From an uncultured Acidobacteriota bacterium (lineage in GTDB: Bacteria > Acidobacteriota > Vicinamibacteria > Vicinamibacterales > 2-12-FULL-66-21): a DNA stretch of 64,000 nt. Location of the stretch: contig CAVRYD010000011.1 in the NCBI GenBank assembly GCA_963725335.1, positions 1,115,756 to 1,179,755 on the forward strand, read 5' to 3'. The position numbers were made by a program, and so were the translations under genes. Positions within the stretch are counted from its first letter, which is position 1; each line of letters starts with the position of its first letter. The notes under the pieces were generated by a model. The model did no database searches. It was not told the origin of the DNA and saw only the letters and a program-made list of their open reading frames with translations. Below, piece after piece: positions 9,266 through 19,790 of this stretch.

Positions 9266-9341
9266 TCCACCATCTGACAGCTATCTCGGCCGGGCAATCC
9301 TGCGAAGCCTTTTGCGCGCACGGTGTCAGCGCTCACCTGAA

Positions 9342-9833
9342 TCAACTCGCCGCTCTCTTCACGAGCGCGACGATCCTTGCTTCTTCGGTGGCCGTCAACT
9401 CCTTCAACGCGAAGGCCACTGGCCACATGGCGACTTCGTCGAGGTTCGCTTTGTCGCTGAAGCCGAACGTCGCGTACCTCGTGTTGAACTTCTGCGCGCT
9501 TTGGAAGAAGCAAACGACGTGGCCGTCCCTGGCATACGCGGGCATCCCATACCAGGTTTTCGGCGAGAGGGCCGGCGCGCTGGCTTTGATGATCGCATGG
9601 AGCCGCGTAGCCATGGCGCGATCCGGTTCCGGCATCGCGGCGATCTTCGCAAGCACATCGCTTTCACCGTCCGCCTCATGCTTCTTCCCGCGCGGGCCGC
9701 GCCGCGCTTCCGACTTCAGCTCCTGGACGCGCTCTTTCATCGCGGCTCGTTCTTCGTCCGTGAATCCCTTGGACTTCTTGTCGATCGTGGTGATGGTCTT
9801 GGCGGACTTCTGAGTGTTCTTTTTCGGGCTCAT
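9342..9833 (-). CDS. DUF1801/YdhG-like domain protein
   Basis: 163 aa. Lys-rich N-terminus, then ...[53 protein letters not shown]..., resembling the YdhG/DUF1801 family (from memory, unverified). Confidence 0.6.
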   Translation of the reverse strand: MSPKKNTQKSAKTITTIDKKSKGFTDEERAAMKERVQELKSEARRGPRGKKHEADGESDVLAKIAAMPEPDRAMATRLHAIIKASAPALSPKTWYGMPAYARDGHVVCFFQSAQKFNTRYATFGFSDKANLDEVAMWPVAFALKELTATEEARIVALVKRAAS

Positions 9834-9893
9834 AGAAACCTCAGCCGACTGGCGTTGGGTTGAAAACCTCGCCGCAACCCGAGGCGGACCCGC

Positions 9894-11103
9894 CTACACG
9901 AATGCGATGCAGACGGGCGCCGGAGTATCGAGCGTGACGTTGGTCTTCGTGAGCATGCCGGTCGAACGATCGATCTTGAACACGACCGTCACGCCGTTGT
10001 TCTGCCCTTCGGCGAACACGTAGTTACCAGTCGGGTCGATCTTGAAGTTCCGCGGCGTGCCGCCGACCGGAAACGTGTCCTTGAAGGTGAGCGTCCCCTT
10101 CGCCTGGTCGATCGTGAGGAGCGCCAGGCTGTTGTGGCCGCGGTTCGAGACGTACAGATAGTTGCCGTCCGGGTGCACCTCGATCTCGGCGCACGAACCG
10201 GTCTGCGGCGCTTCCGGCGGCAGCGTCGACTGAGTGTCGAGTGGGCTCAGCGTGCCATTTGCCGCATCGTACGCAAAGGTCGCGACAGCACGCCCGGCCT
10301 CGTAGCAGACGTAGAGGAACTTTCCGGTCCTTCCAAAGGCGAGATGACGAGGCGCGGCGCCAAACTTCGTCGCCTCGACGGCCGGCGCGGTGTTCGGCGT
10401 CAGCGCGCCCGTCACCACGTCGAAGCGGTACACCACGATCTCGTCGAAGCCCTTTTCCGCGACGAACAGGAACCTGCTGTCCGGAGACAGCAGCACGCAA
10501 TGCGGGTGCGAGGTCGGCGGATTGCCGTTCTTGGGGGGCGGCGCCGCCGGATCGAGCCGCTTCGGCTTCGGGACGTGCGGTACGAACGCGGTCGGCGTGT
10601 CGGCGAGCTTCCCATCGGCGCCAATGGCAAAGACTGCGATCGACGTGCCTTCACTGCCGGCGCTGTTGCCATAGTTGCCGACGATCGCCCACTTCCCGGT
10701 CGGGTCGACGAGCATGTGCGCGGGCGACAGGCCGTTCGTTTTGACGCGGCCGATCTGCGTCAGCTTGCCCGAGGCGGCATCGATGGAGAACGTCGTCACC
10801 GCGCCGGCTGGCCCACCTGACTCTGGCGGCGGGAGCTCATTCGCGGCGTACAGAAATCGTTTGTTGGGATGGACCACGACCCAGCTGGGACTGTCGGTCT
10901 CCCCGGCGAGACCCAGCGACGTGACCGTGTTCATCGCTGCGTCGAACCGCCACGCGTAGATGCCTTTGCTCCCCGCCGCGTTGTTCGGTGTAGGTGCCGA
11001 CGTACAACAGGCGCCCGCCGGCCGTTTGCGCGCGTACCGGTCCGAAGGCACTCGCAAGAATCGGGGTCATGGCGGCAGTCGTGAGAAAGGTGCGTCGGTT
11101 CAT
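9894..11103 (-). pseudogene. 7-bladed beta-propeller lactonase (6-phosphogluconolactonase-like) with Tat-type signal; one frameshift (or sequencing indel)
   Basis: ORF 10837-11103 gives MNRRTFLTTAAMTPILASAFGPVRAQTAGGRLLYVGTYTEQRGG. ORF 9894-11057 continues ...SKGIYAWRFDAAMNTVTSLGLAGETDSPSWVVVHPNKRFLYAANE... The frames meet at the C4 run 10971-10974. Confidence 0.75.
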
Positions 11104-11229
11104 GGCGGTCTCCTGAGGCCGGAATCATAGTCCAAGTCGGGAGGCCTCCAGGGCCGTCTGCAGGCAGACCAGCTTCCTTGAGTTCGTTCCAGCGTCTCCG
11201 GTTGACCTCAGCCTGCCGCTCGACGCGCT

Positions 11230-12909
11230 CTAGGCAGCGTTTCCGCCGGTCGCCTTCCGCGCCTGGTAGCGCTCGATCGCCGCGCGCGCGTTGAACAGCA
11301 TGCGCTCTCGACCAAGCCGCTTGTCGATGGCGGTGTTTCGTACCGTCGCAAGCACGCCGGGATTCAACGCGGCCAGCCACACCTCGACGCCGCCCTCGGT
11401 CATGCGCCGCTCGCCTTCGTCCAGCATCTGCAGGGCCGAGTACTCGATGTCGGATACGCGGCTCATGTCCAGCACCAACACGCGCGGCTGGTACTTCGCG
11501 ACCAGGGCCTGGATCTGCTGCCCCACCCCCTCCGCATTGACGAAGAACAGCCGCCCTTCCGGGCGCAGGATCAGCAAGCCTTCGAAGGTCTCGTCGTCGC
11601 CGTGTTCGGGCGAAAGCGGTCGCAGCACGTCCTCGCCACGCTTGCGGCCGATGACGTACACGCGCGGGGACGCGGACTGGCTGGCCAGGCCGATCATCGA
11701 CACGATGATCGCCACCACGATGCCCTTGAGGGTGCCCAGCAGCAGGACGCCGATGCAGGCGACCAGGGCCCAGCGGAATTCCATCGTGCGCACGCTGCGG
11801 ATGGCACGGAACTCCGACGGCTTGATCAACCCGACCGAGTAGACGATGACCACCGCGGCCAGCGTCGCATTGGGCATCAGGCCAAGGATCGGCGCCAGGA
11901 ACAGCATAGTGGCGAGCGCGGCGCCCGCGGTCACCAGCGAGGCCAGCTGCGACTGCCCGCCGGCGGCGCGCACGACCGCCGTCTGCGAAGTTCCGCCGCC
12001 GGCCGGCATGATGCCGAACAGCGCACCGCCAAGGTTCGCCCCGCCGGTGGCGAGCAATTCCCGGTTCGCGTTGACCGGAGGATCGTCGGCGCGCGCGAAG
12101 GCGCGCCCGGCCGCGATCGACTCGGTGAAGCTCATCAAGGCGATTCCGAGCGCACCCGGCAGCAACTGTGCGGCCAGCGCAGGATCAGGCAGGGTCAGCG
12201 ACGGGAAGCCCCGCGGGATCAGGCCGACGATCGAGACGCCCATCTTCTGCAGCCCGAGGAACCAGGCCGCGGCGATGCCGCCGGCAACCGCGACCAGCGG
12301 GGCCGGCGAGTGCGGCCACAGCCGTTCCATCGCGATCAGCACCGCGAAGGTCGCGAGGGCGACCAGCAGTGTGATCGTCGAGGTTTCGGGCATGTGCTTG
12401 ACGACGCTGAGGGCATCGAAGAAGAAGCCATGCTTGGTGATGTGGATGCCCAGGAGCTTGGGCACCTGGTCGAGCACGATCACCAAGCCGATGCCGGCCT
12501 TGAATCCGGTAAGCACGGGCGTCGATATGAAGTTGGCGACGAAGCCGAGTCTCAATAGCCGCGCCGCGACCAGCGCGGCGCCGACCAGCAAGGTCAGCGT
12601 CGCCGTCGCCGTCACGAGGCGCGCCGGATCGCCATCCGGGACCGCCAGTCCCAGCTGCGTGCCGACGAGAATCGCGATGGTCGTGGTCGAGCTGACGCTG
12701 AGCACGCGCGAGGTGCCGAGCAGCGCGTAGATCGCCATCGGGATGAAAGCGGTATACAAGCCAACCGCAACCGGCAGGCCGGCCACCGACGCGTAAGCCA
12801 TCGCCTTGGGAAGGACGACCGCGGCGGCGGTCAGCCCGGCCACCAGGTCGAAGCGGAAGGTCGACGCCTTCGGCGCGCTCGCCTGGGCGGGAATCGGAGT
12901 TGGGGACAT
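11230..12909 (-). CDS. SulP-family anion transporter with C-terminal STAS domain
   Basis: ORF 11230-13041, start taken at the internal ATG 12909 (MSPTPIPAQAS...FRFDLVAGLTAAAVVLPKAMAYASVAGLP). The C-terminal segment VLVLDMSRVSDIEYSALQML is STAS-like. Confidence 0.85.
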   Translation of the reverse strand: MSPTPIPAQASAPKASTFRFDLVAGLTAAAVVLPKAMAYASVAGLPVAVGLYTAFIPMAIYALLGTSRVLSVSSTTTIAILVGTQLGLAVPDGDPARLVTATATLTLLVGAALVAARLLRLGFVANFISTPVLTGFKAGIGLVIVLDQVPKLLGIHITKHGFFFDALSVVKHMPETSTITLLVALATFAVLIAMERLWPHSPAPLVAVAGGIAAAWFLGLQKMGVSIVGLIPRGFPSLTLPDPALAAQLLPGALGIALMSFTESIAAGRAFARADDPPVNANRELLATGGANLGGALFGIMPAGGGTSQTAVVRAAGGQSQLASLVTAGAALATMLFLAPILGLMPNATLAAVVIVYSVGLIKPSEFRAIRSVRTMEFRWALVACIGVLLLGTLKGIVVAIIVSMIGLASQSASPRVYVIGRKRGEDVLRPLSPEHGDDETFEGLLILRPEGRLFFVNAEGVGQQIQALVAKYQPRVLVLDMSRVSDIEYSALQMLDEGERRMTEGGVEVWLAALNPGVLATVRNTAIDKRLGRERMLFNARAAIERYQARKATGGNAA

Positions 12910-13307
12910 CGCGTTTGCTCCTGGTGGCCTGGCTGCGCAGCGTTCCTCAGCCCCTTCCTGGCCCGCCACTTCGGCGCCGACTTTCCGCGCCTGCGTTACG
13001 TGAAGGCGCAGAAGTCTGACGCGTTGCCCGCGAACGTGCACGTCGAGGAGTTCTACCTGCAGTCCGGCGCGTTGCTGTGACGATAGGAAACATTAGGGCC
13101 GTCTCGCGGTTAGCATAACCTCCGTTCTCAGCCTGTGCCTACCAATTGGAACACGATCACGACCTGGCTGAGGGCGCTCGACGCCCGCCAGAAGGTGGCC
13201 TGAGACGGGTAACGGCCCTGAGCTTCGCAGATGCGCGTCCAGAAACGCTCTCGCCCTCCCGCACACACTCGATGTAACCCCGGCCGTCGGCCGTGTCGAG
13301 GAGCCGT

Positions 13308-13332
13308 GTAACAAATCGCTTGGTTGGGCGTA
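13308..13332 (+). promoter_or_regulatory. candidate ECF-type promoter GTAAC-N16-CGTA upstream of the ECF sigma gene
   Basis: GTAAC at 13308-13312 and CGTA at 13329-13332, about 43 nt upstream of the proposed GTG start. Confidence 0.25.
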
Positions 13333-13374
13333 CATCCTTCAGAACGCGCGGAGTGCCTGGCCACGGAGTGGGAC

Positions 13375-13884
13375 GTGATCGATTTCGCGGAACTGTACCG
13401 GACGCACGCGGGCGACGTGCACCGGTTCGTATTGTTCCTCTCAGGCGATCCGGCCCTGGCGGACGACATTCTTTCGGAGACGTTCATCCGCCTGTGGTAC
13501 GCGCGCGAACGCGTGGATCTGTCAACGGTCAAGGGCTATCTGCTAGCGATCGCCCGAAACCTCTTCCTGGCAGATCGGCGCCACGCCCGCCGGATGACCA
13601 CGCTCGACGACCGGGCACACGACACTCGTCCGGGCCCCGAACGGCGCGCGCACGCGCAGTTCGAGCTGCAGGCGGTGCTGGCGGCACTTCAGACGCTGCC
13701 AGAGATCGACCGAGCGGCCGTCCTGCTCCGGGCGGAGGAGGAGATGTCGTACGACGAGGTGGCTGCGGCGCTGGGGATCTCCCCCGTCGCGGCGCGGGTC
13801 AAGGTGTGTCGCGCGCGACTGAGGTTGGCCGAGGCGCTGAGGACTGGCGGCCCTGGCATCGCTGAACCGGAGGTGAAGTCATGA
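13375..13884 (+). CDS. ECF (sigma-70 family) RNA polymerase sigma factor
   Basis: ORF 13324-13884. FAELYRTHAGDVHRFVLFLSGDPALADDILSETFIRLW (region 2) and MSYDEVAAALGISPVAARVKVCRARLRL (region 4). GTG 13375, preceded by GGAG, is preferred over TTG 13324. Confidence 0.8.
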   Translation: MIDFAELYRTHAGDVHRFVLFLSGDPALADDILSETFIRLWYARERVDLSTVKGYLLAIARNLFLADRRHARRMTTLDDRAHDTRPGPERRAHAQFELQAVLAALQTLPEIDRAAVLLRAEEEMSYDEVAAALGISPVAARVKVCRARLRLAEALRTGGPGIAEPEVKS

Positions 13885-14294
13885 ACATCTCACGAGACGT
13901 CGTCAAGGATCTGATCCCCGTTTACCTGGCGGGAGACGCGAGCGCCGACACTCAGGCGCTGGTGGAGTCCTATCTGAAGACCGATCCCGAGCTTGCAGGC
14001 GACGTCACGGCGGCACGCGGCACGAGCCTGGGACTACCCGCGACGCGCCCACCGACTGCGGAGAAGCAGACGCTCGACGCAACCCGGCAACTGCTCAAGA
14101 GCCGAACGTCCACGCTGGTCGTCGCGACGATCTTCACCGTTCTGCCGCTCACGTTTGCCTTCCACGGGACGACGATCACGTTCTTTTTGATCCGGGACGC
14201 GCCAGTCATCGGCATCGCGTGGTGGGTGACGGCGGCGATCATGTGGATCTGGCACCTGAGTATCCGGCGCCGGTTGCGAGTCTCGGGACTGTGA
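13881..14294 (+). CDS. putative membrane anti-sigma factor
   Basis: 137 aa. ATGA overlap with the sigma gene; cytoplasmic N-terminal helix (VKDLIPVYLAGDASADTQALVESYL) followed by two TM segments. Confidence 0.55.
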   Translation: MNISRDVVKDLIPVYLAGDASADTQALVESYLKTDPELAGDVTAARGTSLGLPATRPPTAEKQTLDATRQLLKSRTSTLVVATIFTVLPLTFAFHGTTITFFLIRDAPVIGIAWWVTAAIMWIWHLSIRRRLRVSGL

Positions 14295-14492
14295 AGGCGC
14301 GATTGAGCTCGCTACACGAATGCGATGCAAACGGGCCAGCGTTCTGGCTTCCCGTTCAAACCGGGCTTTCAGATCGCGTCGATGGGCGACTTGCGTCGTC
14401 AGGGTCTTGACGGCCGTCGCGGAAACCGCGGCGACGTCGAGTTGACAACCGCCCAACGCCGGCGCAAGCTCCGAATCCGAGAGGACCGACCC

Positions 14493-15497
14493 GTGATTCG
14501 ATCGTGGAACGCGCTGCTCGTATTGGTCGTGGCTGTGGCTTTGGCACCGGCCTACGCGCAGCGCGCCGTGGATCCGGTCCGGGTTGCGCCTGGACAAACA
14601 TATACCGCAATCACGCAGGCCAACGCCGACGCGAGCGCCGGCACGGTCAACATCAACCACGATGGCACTCCGTTCCCTGGAACTCCGGCCCCCGACATTT
14701 CGCGCGGTTTCGGCGGAATCCCGAGATCGGCCCAGCCCCCGCTCACGGCGTCGCAGCAGCGCATTCTTGAATGCACGCACCGCCTGGCGGAGGCGAACGC
14801 TGACATTCCCTTCACGCTGTTCGTGCCGTCGACCTACGATCCGCAGAAGCCAGCACCCCTCGTGGTCGATCTGCACGGCCTGAACATCACGCCACTGCAA
14901 CAGATCCTGTTCGACGGCACCACGGACTTCGCCGAGCGATACGGATTCATCGTCCTCGCGCCGATGGGATTCAACCTGTCCAGTTGGTGGGGCAGCCGGG
15001 CCGGAACGCCCGTCGGAACGGCGGCCGTGAAGCCTGGCGGGGACGTCCGCTACTCCACGACGGAGTTGGCGGAAATCGACACGATGGCCCTTCTGAAATC
15101 GATCCGGGAGCAATACGCCATCGACAGCGATCGCATCTATCTCATGGGACACTCCATGGGTGGTGCGGGCACGTACTACCTCGGCGGCAAGTACAACGAC
15201 ATCTGGGCCGGACTCGCCCCAATCTCAGGCGCTGGGGGCATCGCCGACGGCGCCGCGGAACGGTACAAGTCACTGCCGATGCTGATCATGCATGGCGCGA
15301 AGGACTCGATTGTGCCTCCGGCAACCTCGCGCCGGGCCGTGGCCGCGCTGCAGGCCGTCGGTGCGGCCCACATCTATCTAGAGTTCCCTGACAAGGATCA
15401 CGAATTCTGGATTCGACGCGGCGCCCCGCAGATGGAGAAAGTGTTCCTCTTCTTCAGCCTGGTTTCGAAGCGGACCACCGTCCTCCCACAGAAGTAG
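14493..15497 (+). CDS. secreted alpha/beta-hydrolase (esterase/peptidase S9-like)
   Basis: In ORF 14325-15497. GTG 14493 after GAGAGG gives the signal peptide VIRSWNALLVLVVAVALAPAYAQ. Nucleophile elbow GHSMGG; later HGAKDSIVP and DHEF. Confidence 0.75.
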   Translation: MIRSWNALLVLVVAVALAPAYAQRAVDPVRVAPGQTYTAITQANADASAGTVNINHDGTPFPGTPAPDISRGFGGIPRSAQPPLTASQQRILECTHRLAEANADIPFTLFVPSTYDPQKPAPLVVDLHGLNITPLQQILFDGTTDFAERYGFIVLAPMGFNLSSWWGSRAGTPVGTAAVKPGGDVRYSTTELAEIDTMALLKSIREQYAIDSDRIYLMGHSMGGAGTYYLGGKYNDIWAGLAPISGAGGIADGAAERYKSLPMLIMHGAKDSIVPPATSRRAVAALQAVGAAHIYLEFPDKDHEFWIRRGAPQMEKVFLFFSLVSKRTTVLPQK

Positions 15498-15543
15498 CGG
15501 TTCATCGCACATCGCACAGGTCGGCCTGAGATTCTCACGCCAC

Positions 15544-17940
15544 TCAGCGGTTTGCGCCCATCTTGTTCAACAGCGCCACGAAGCGCGGCTCGGAGCGGAT
15601 CGGATCGAAGATGGCATCTCGACCTATCCACGGCATCATCTGCGAATCGGCCTCGAGGGCCAGCTCGAGGTTGTCGAGCGCGCGGACGCGGTCGCCAAGG
15701 CCGAGGTACACCAGCGCGAGGTTGAAGGGCAGCACTGTGCCATCTCGTGACATCTTCTTGAGGTCCGCGAACTCCGCCAGTGCACTGGGCCGATCACCTG
15801 CGGCGCCATAGGCGAACGCGAGATACGCGGTCACGAATGGGGGCGACTCCATCGCCTTGGCCTTCTTCAATGCTGGAATCGCCTCGCGGAACTTCCCCAG
15901 CTCGAGGTCGGTCCATCCGTCGATCAAGACAGGGAAGAAGTAGGTCGGATCGAGCTCCGCTGCCCGCCGTGCGAGTCTCTTGGCCGCCTCCGAATTCCGT
16001 TGGAACATGAACGGGACGGTCGCATCGATGAGCACCTGTGGAGACAGCGGATCCAGTTCGATCGCGCGCGCGCCCTCGGCGATCGCGTCCTGGAACCGTC
16101 CCTGGAAGGCCAGCGCCATGCCGAACTGATCGTGCGCGAACGCGTAATTGGGGTTGAGCGCAAACGCACGACGGAATTCGCGCTCGCACCCCGCCAGGTC
16201 GTATTCGTAGAACAGCTTGAACACGGCGAGCGACGTGTGCGCTTCGGCGGACTTGTCGTCCAACATGACGGCTTTCTCGGCTGCGGCCTTGGCCTTGGGC
16301 CTCGCCTCGGTGGCGGTGAGAAAGCCTTCGTTATACCCGGCCCAGAGGTACGCGTCCGACAATCCGGAAAACGCCGGCGCAAACTCGGGACTCAACGTGA
16401 CGGCTTCCTCGAACTGCGCGATCGCCTTCTTCAGGTTCTCGTCGCTTGGGCGATTGAAGAAGTATCGGCCCTTGAGATACGCATCATGCGCGTCAGGATT
16501 CACGCTCGGTGTCGCGGTCAACCGTATCTGCTCGCTCGCGGTGAGTCGGACATTGACCTCTCGAGCGATCGCCGATGCAAGTTCCGCCTGGAGCGCCAGC
16601 ACGTCGCGCGAGCTGCGTTCGAAGGTCTTGGCCCAAAGATGCTTGTCCGCCCGCGCGTCGATCAATTGCGCCGTAATGCGCACTCTGTCGCCGGATCGAG
16701 AGACCGAACCTTCCACAACCGCGTCGACGTTGAGCTTCTCAGCAATGTCAGGTGTTGGCGGCCGACTCTTGCCTTTGAATTGCATCACCGATCCGCGCGA
16801 GATGACGCGAAGTTGGCTGATGGTCGCCAGGTTCGCTGTCAATTCGTCCGTCATCCCTTCAGCGAAGTAGTCCTGGTTGGGATCGCCTGAGTAGTTGTCG
16901 AGTGGAAGCACGGCAATCGATCGAATAACGGTTGGGGCGCCTGGTGCGGGAGAAATCGGGCGCAAGAGTCCCGACGTCACGATCAGGTAGCCCACCAGCA
17001 CGAGACCAAGCGCCGACGCGCTCCATGCCACCCGTTTCCACACGGCGGGCGCACCGTGCGCGGAAGGCGCCGCCACGATGGTTGCCGACGACGAGGCCCG
17101 TGCCAGATCGGCGCGCACGTCTGCGGCCGACTCGTAGCGATCCTCAGGGCGTTTGGCCAGCAGACGTCGTACGACGTCCCCGAGACCTTGCGGGATGTCA
17201 CCGCTGAGATCGGGTGGTTCGCGGAGCACCGCAGAGAGCGTCTCCCCCGTCGATGGCTGGCGGAACGGGTGCCGCCCGCCGAACATCTCGGCCAGAATCA
17301 CGCCGAAGGAAAACAAGTCGGAGCGACAATCGAGGATGCCGCCTTTCACCTGCTCTGGCGACATGTAGTCCGGTGTGCCGACGATGGACCCATGGGCGGT
17401 CAGTTGAGCCGCCCCGAGTTCGCGCGTCGCCTGGTCAGTCGACGGCAAATCCTCGACGCGTTTGGCGAGGCCGAAGTCCATGACCTTCACGTGGCCCTGC
17501 TCGGTCAGCATGATGTTGGCCGGCTTCAGATCGCGGTGCAGAAACCGGCGGGCATGGGCTTCCTGGAGCGCTTCGGCGATCTCTCCTGCCACCCGCAGGG
17601 CATCGGGCAGCGGCAGTGCGCCGTCCTGCAGCCGGCGGTGCAACGTTTCGCCCGCGATGTACTCCATCACGAGGAACAGCGCATCGCCGTCTTCGCCAAT
17701 TTCGAAAATCTTGCAGATGTACGGATGATCGATCGCGGCCACGGCCATCGCCTCGCGGCGCAGACGCTCACGCGCATGCGGGTCAGCCGCCAACTCGCCT
17801 GGCAGCAGCTTGATGGCGACCTGACGATTGAGCCGCGGGTCGCGGGCGCGATAGACCTCGCCCATACCTCCGGCCCCGAGGGTAGACACAATCTCGTAGC
17901 CGCCGAGTCGCGTGCCGGGCGTGAGGGTTAGAGGTGGCAA
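15544..17940 (-). CDS. Ser/Thr protein kinase with TM segment, TolB-N-like module and C-terminal TPR repeats
   Basis: 798 aa. [48 protein letters not shown]-like C-terminus (YLGLGDRVRALDNLELALE...). TTG start. Confidence 0.9.
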   Translation of the reverse strand: MPPLTLTPGTRLGGYEIVSTLGAGGMGEVYRARDPRLNRQVAIKLLPGELAADPHARERLRREAMAVAAIDHPYICKIFEIGEDGDALFLVMEYIAGETLHRRLQDGALPLPDALRVAGEIAEALQEAHARRFLHRDLKPANIMLTEQGHVKVMDFGLAKRVEDLPSTDQATRELGAAQLTAHGSIVGTPDYMSPEQVKGGILDCRSDLFSFGVILAEMFGGRHPFRQPSTGETLSAVLREPPDLSGDIPQGLGDVVRRLLAKRPEDRYESAADVRADLARASSSATIVAAPSAHGAPAVWKRVAWSASALGLVLVGYLIVTSGLLRPISPAPGAPTVIRSIAVLPLDNYSGDPNQDYFAEGMTDELTANLATISQLRVISRGSVMQFKGKSRPPTPDIAEKLNVDAVVEGSVSRSGDRVRITAQLIDARADKHLWAKTFERSSRDVLALQAELASAIAREVNVRLTASEQIRLTATPSVNPDAHDAYLKGRYFFNRPSDENLKKAIAQFEEAVTLSPEFAPAFSGLSDAYLWAGYNEGFLTATEARPKAKAAAEKAVMLDDKSAEAHTSLAVFKLFYEYDLAGCEREFRRAFALNPNYAFAHDQFGMALAFQGRFQDAIAEGARAIELDPLSPQVLIDATVPFMFQRNSEAAKRLARRAAELDPTYFFPVLIDGWTDLELGKFREAIPALKKAKAMESPPFVTAYLAFAYGAAGDRPSALAEFADLKKMSRDGTVLPFNLALVYLGLGDRVRALDNLELALEADSQMMPWIGRDAIFDPIRSEPRFVALLNKMGANR

Positions 17941-18233
17941 ACAGGGCGGATTCTAGCGCGGCTGGCGCGAATCGGTGGGAGCAATTGGATGCTGGTCTCA
18001 CGCCGAGAACGCGGCGGTCTCGCGCAGAGCGCGCTGAGAGCGCAGAGGAACGCCGTGCGTTTTCTCGGCGGCCTCTGCGTTTCGCGTGAGATCCTCAGCG
18101 ATCTCGGCGCGAGCGTCGACTGGCAGGCTTTTGAAACCACCTGTAGTCACGATCCCAACTCCGAACCCATGCCACGATGATATCTTCCGGGATCTCAAAG
18201 ACAGGCCCGCGCCCCCAACAGAGTAGGAGTCTG

Positions 18234-19622
18234 ATGCCTCCTGTCTACGCACCGGCGGCGGTTCCTTCCGACTGGCTGACTCGTTTCTCGCAGGCCCTCG
18301 GTCGAGTCATTCCGGACGCCATGTCCACGGCGGTCGGCATGCTGCTGGTGCTCGGCGTCGGGGCGCTTGCGATAGGCAATTCGGGCGCTGCCGTTATGGA
18401 CGCGTTCTATCGCGGCCTCTGGATGCTGCTCCCGTTCACGATGCAGATGACGTTGATTCTGGTGCTGAGTTCGACGCTCGGTGCGGCGCCGGTGTTCAGG
18501 CACGCGGTCGCCCGGCTCTCCCGCCTGCCACGGACCCTGGGCCAGGTGTTCGCGCTGTCCTGTCTGGTGGTCGCGTGCCTGGCGTATCTCTACTGGGGGC
18601 TCGCCATCGCGCTTGGCCCGCTGGTGTCGATCTACTTTGCCCGCGAGGCGGAGAAGAAGGGGATCGAGGTTGATTTTCCATTCCTGCTCGCCACGACGTC
18701 GGCGGCCGGGTCGGTCTGGCAGTTCGGGCTCTCGGCGAGCGCCCCGCTCCTGATGAACACGCCCGGCCATTTCCTCGAGAAGCAGACCGGTCTGATGCCG
18801 CTGTCGACCACGATTTGGGCGCCAGCCACCGTCGTTTTCATTGTGACGTTCTTCTTCGCAATCATTGTCGCGGCGCGATTCCTGCACCCGAGCCGCCCCC
18901 AGCCGCTCTCTCAGTTTCCCGACGCGTTCAAGCTTGCCGAGCCGCTTCTCGTGATCGCTGAAGCGGAACCGATCGACCATGCCGCGCCGGTTCCGACGCT
19001 CTCCGGCCGGGTCGAGCGGAGCTCGGTACCGGTGGCGCTCCTGGTCGCCGCACTGGCCGCCTGGGTCTATTATCATTTTGGCGTCAAACACCTCGGGCTG
19101 GACCTCAACTCGCTCAACACCGTCCTGTTCGGCCTGGCTCTGCTGGTGCACCGGAACGTGTCCAACTTCAACCGGGCGCTTCAGACCGCGATCCTGTCAT
19201 GCTGGCCGATCGTCGTGATGTACCACCTCTACGGCGGGGTGGCCGGTCTGCTCCAGTTCACGACGCTCGGCGCCACGACCGGCGGGTTGCTCGCCGCCGT
19301 GTCCACGCGGCACACCCTCCCGTTTTTCACGGCGCTGATTTCCACCGTGGTGGCCTGCTTCGTTCCCTCGAGCGGCGGTCAATGGGTCATTCAGGGCTAT
19401 GTGACGGTCACGGCTGCGGCCGCCGTCGGCGCGTCGGCCCAACAGGGCCTGCTGGCGCTATCGGTCGGCGACCAGATGGGGAATCTGCTGACTCCGTTCT
19501 GGGCGGCGGTGGGCGCGGGGATCGCCCGGATCGATTTCCGGCGGTTCATTGGTTACCAGTTTGCCTATGCGGCGATCTGGTTCGTGCTGGGCGTCCTGAT
19601 TTTTACGTTGCTCCCGGTTTGA
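18234..19622 (+). CDS. short-chain fatty acid transporter (AtoE/TIGR00366-like) membrane protein
   Basis: ORF 18177-19622, ATG 18234 after AGGAG. Polytopic; ...FYRGLWMLLPFTMQMTLILV...YFAREAEKKGIEVDFPFLLATTSAAGSVWQFGLSASAPLLMNTPGHFLE. Confidence 0.7.
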   Translation: MPPVYAPAAVPSDWLTRFSQALGRVIPDAMSTAVGMLLVLGVGALAIGNSGAAVMDAFYRGLWMLLPFTMQMTLILVLSSTLGAAPVFRHAVARLSRLPRTLGQVFALSCLVVACLAYLYWGLAIALGPLVSIYFAREAEKKGIEVDFPFLLATTSAAGSVWQFGLSASAPLLMNTPGHFLEKQTGLMPLSTTIWAPATVVFIVTFFFAIIVAARFLHPSRPQPLSQFPDAFKLAEPLLVIAEAEPIDHAAPVPTLSGRVERSSVPVALLVAALAAWVYYHFGVKHLGLDLNSLNTVLFGLALLVHRNVSNFNRALQTAILSCWPIVVMYHLYGGVAGLLQFTTLGATTGGLLAAVSTRHTLPFFTALISTVVACFVPSSGGQWVIQGYVTVTAAAAVGASAQQGLLALSVGDQMGNLLTPFWAAVGAGIARIDFRRFIGYQFAYAAIWFVLGVLIFTLLPV

Positions 19623-19790
19623 GGGAAGAACGAGCGTGCAGCCTGTCTATTCACGAGGTCGCGGGATTTCGCCCGCACAGACGCAGCGACTGTCGATCGC
19701 CATAATGTCGTCAGCGATGTAGATCCTGCCGGCGCTATCGCCGAAGGCGGTTAAAAGCAAAAAATGAGACGGCTGATCACCGCCGCGGGC

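Noticed and set aside
19640-19750. 35-codon minus-strand read LTAFGDSAGRIYIADDIMAIDSRCVCAGEIPRPRE* and a similar tail at 45800-45979 (..VTLTAGQTPAVNLRVAKVGR*)
   Set aside because: They look like C-terminal stubs of propeller or CarboxypepD_reg-like proteins, consistent with the general fragment load. They are too short to assign without a database search.
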